Assembly: GCF_036588685.1 (NCBI RefSeq)
Contig: NC_086382.1
Coordinates: 23,994,001 to 24,058,000, forward strand
DNA: 64,000 nt
DNA from: Mytilus trossulus
Taxonomy: Eukaryota
Direction: 5' to 3'
This document shows, in pieces, positions 61,969 to 64,000 of this stretch. The notes beneath the pieces are model-generated. The model made no database searches. It worked only from the letters and a program-made list of their open reading frames with translations, and was not told where the DNA came from. Each line of letters opens with the position of its first letter. Within the stretch, counting starts at the first letter, position 1. A program made the position numbers and the translations under genes.

Positions 61969-63064
61969 TTTAACGGGTTCTATTATGCTATTAGTTTGAT
62001 AGTCCCAGCAATTTAAAAAAAAATGATCATAAAAAAAACGGTTGTGCTATTGTGGGCAAGGGACTTGCCGGTACGTCTAAAACCCACCCAGGCCGCTTTG
62101 GTGCACTAAGCCCTAAGACATTTATGGAACACTACAGCGAACTTTCTAGACAAATTTGAAATTGTCAGATAAAAATAGCCAACGCTTATATTGAAAAATA
62201 AACAAGTCATGAACAGAATTATTACTATACATTGTACGGACATTTTGACTAATTCACTATCTTTGATACAGCGAAAGCAAAATCATCGAGCGTAGCAACG
62301 ATAAAAAAAAATAATAATGCTAAAATTATGTATTTTCAAATCAAAGGACAAAGCGTACGCAATGTCACCCGGAATCCGAATCTGACTGACTAGTATATTA
62401 CTACAAAATTAAACCAAAAAAAAAGGAACAACGTATGTTAGAATCACGAAAAAATTGGATTTAGATTAGATTTGTGATCATTGGAATTTATTAAGACTTT
62501 TTAAAATATCTATTTCTATGAACTTTTTTTTAGATCGAAATTAATAAAGTTCATATATAAGTATGTGGTACAGCTCACACCGATAAATATATTACGGCAA
62601 CCAAACGACAAAACATTACAGGTAATGTCAAGACCGCATGTTTAGTCTTCAACAAGAAACATGTGTCTACACGAAATGCCAAGCTCTAAATCGTCATGAA
62701 CTTGTAGATACAATATTAAAAAAACAACAATACTAAAGTCTAAATAATATAAATATTCATTATTCACACATATTCTAGATTTTCTAAATCGTTTGAGACA
62801 CGTATGCAAAGTCCATGTATTTTACGTTCACATAATGTTTTGACGGTTTTCCTTTTCTATTTATAACGTCCTACAAACATTGCTCAGACTAGACAGCATG
62901 AAAGACTAAAACACTTTTATAAGTCAGCGTATAGGTTTATTCCTTGAATGCCAACATCCTTTGATCTACCGACAATTTACCTATAAATAATGTTGGCTTT
63001 CGAGGAATAGGTGCAAAAAGTTATCACAACACGAGATCATGCTTATCAAAAATGGACATTTAGA

Positions 63065-63380
63065 GGTATAGGGGGAGGGTTGAGATCTCACAAACAAAAC
63101 CCCGCCGCATTTTTGCGCCTGTCCCAGGTCAGGAGCCTCTGGCCTTTCTTAGTCATGTATTATTTTAATTTTAGTTTCTTGTGAACAATTTGGAAATTAG
63201 TATGGCGTTCATTATCACTGAACTAGTATATATTTGTTTAGGAGCCAGCTGAAGGACGCCTCCGGGTGCGGGAATTTCTCGCTACATTGAAGACCTGTTG
63301 GTGACCTTTTGCTGTTGTTTTTTTATTTGGTCGGGTTGTTGTCTCTTTGACACATTCCCTATTTCCATTCTCAATTTTAT
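63065..63380. repeat. Dispersed repeat family (gtcccargtcaggagcct core)
   Basis: Related copy at ~13000-13340; inverted related copies at ~48360-48650 and ~53540-53620. Confidence 0.65.
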
Positions 63381-64000
63381 TTAATTCGAATTGAAATCGA
63401 ATCGAATGCGAATTCGGAATGCGAATCGAATTCGCTAATCGCGTACACACACTCTTCTTTTTTAATTCGAATTAAATGTCCGTGTGAACGAGGCATAATT
63501 AAACAGATAGTTAAAATCTAATTCATGTTTGTTACGTTGTTGAATTTTTTTTCTGATGATACTACTTGAACGAATATGGATTCTCTTAAAATGAAACTTT
63601 GAAAAGTGTTGCATCACTTGTGCATATTGTGAGAAATTCCGGTTTAGACAAATGTGAAGCCTCTTTGGACTTTGAAGGTTTTTTTTTCAATATTTCTATA
63701 GTTGTTTGTGCTGTAACATCCTACCATATTACTTGATTAAATTTCTTGAAACTTTGTATCACGTGTTAGAATACTATTGATGTATTATGTTCAGTTTGTT
63801 CAGGATATTTTTCTTGGTAATAATACTACACACTTTTTTGCAAGTGATTCATGAAATGATACTGGTAAGGGGTTTATCGTGTTCGCAAATCATCGGTGTT
63901 CTTATAAAACAAAGTAATGTAGTTTGATTGGAATTGAGACAAATTTCCACAAGAGACCAAATGACACAGAAATTCACAAGTATAGGCCACCGTACAGTCT

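Overview
AT-rich eukaryotic genomic DNA. The interspersed repeat families suggest a bivalve, probably Mytilus-like (inference). I reconstructed by hand 35 phase-compatible GT-AG coding exons on the minus strand, in two blocks. Block A (58161->41100, 18 exons, ~790 codons) encodes 14 six-Cys EB-like repeats in 129-nt exons, a kringle, a truncated LDLa-like motif with stalk, one TM helix and a short basic tail with a stop. Block B (35400->6215, 17 exons, ~1576 codons) encodes 3 more EB-like repeats of the same family, a GAIN/GPS with intact HL|T, TM1, PLAT and a polycystin channel, i.e. a polycystin-1-like protein with no REJ. Block B has no evident first exon, and its first exon is phase-compatible with block A's ectodomain exons. 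The locus may therefore make either a single-pass receptor or an 11-TM polycystin from one ectodomain (hypothesis). The largest intron of block B holds a 7.3-kb element with 69-bp TIRs starting CACGGTG and a 5-bp TSD (Transib/RAG-like ends). A defective hAT element and an EnSpm-like element are nested inside it. Kolobok- and Harbinger-like MITEs, Penelope and LINE remnants and other dispersed repeats fill the rest. No rRNA, tRNA genes or CRISPR arrays were found.
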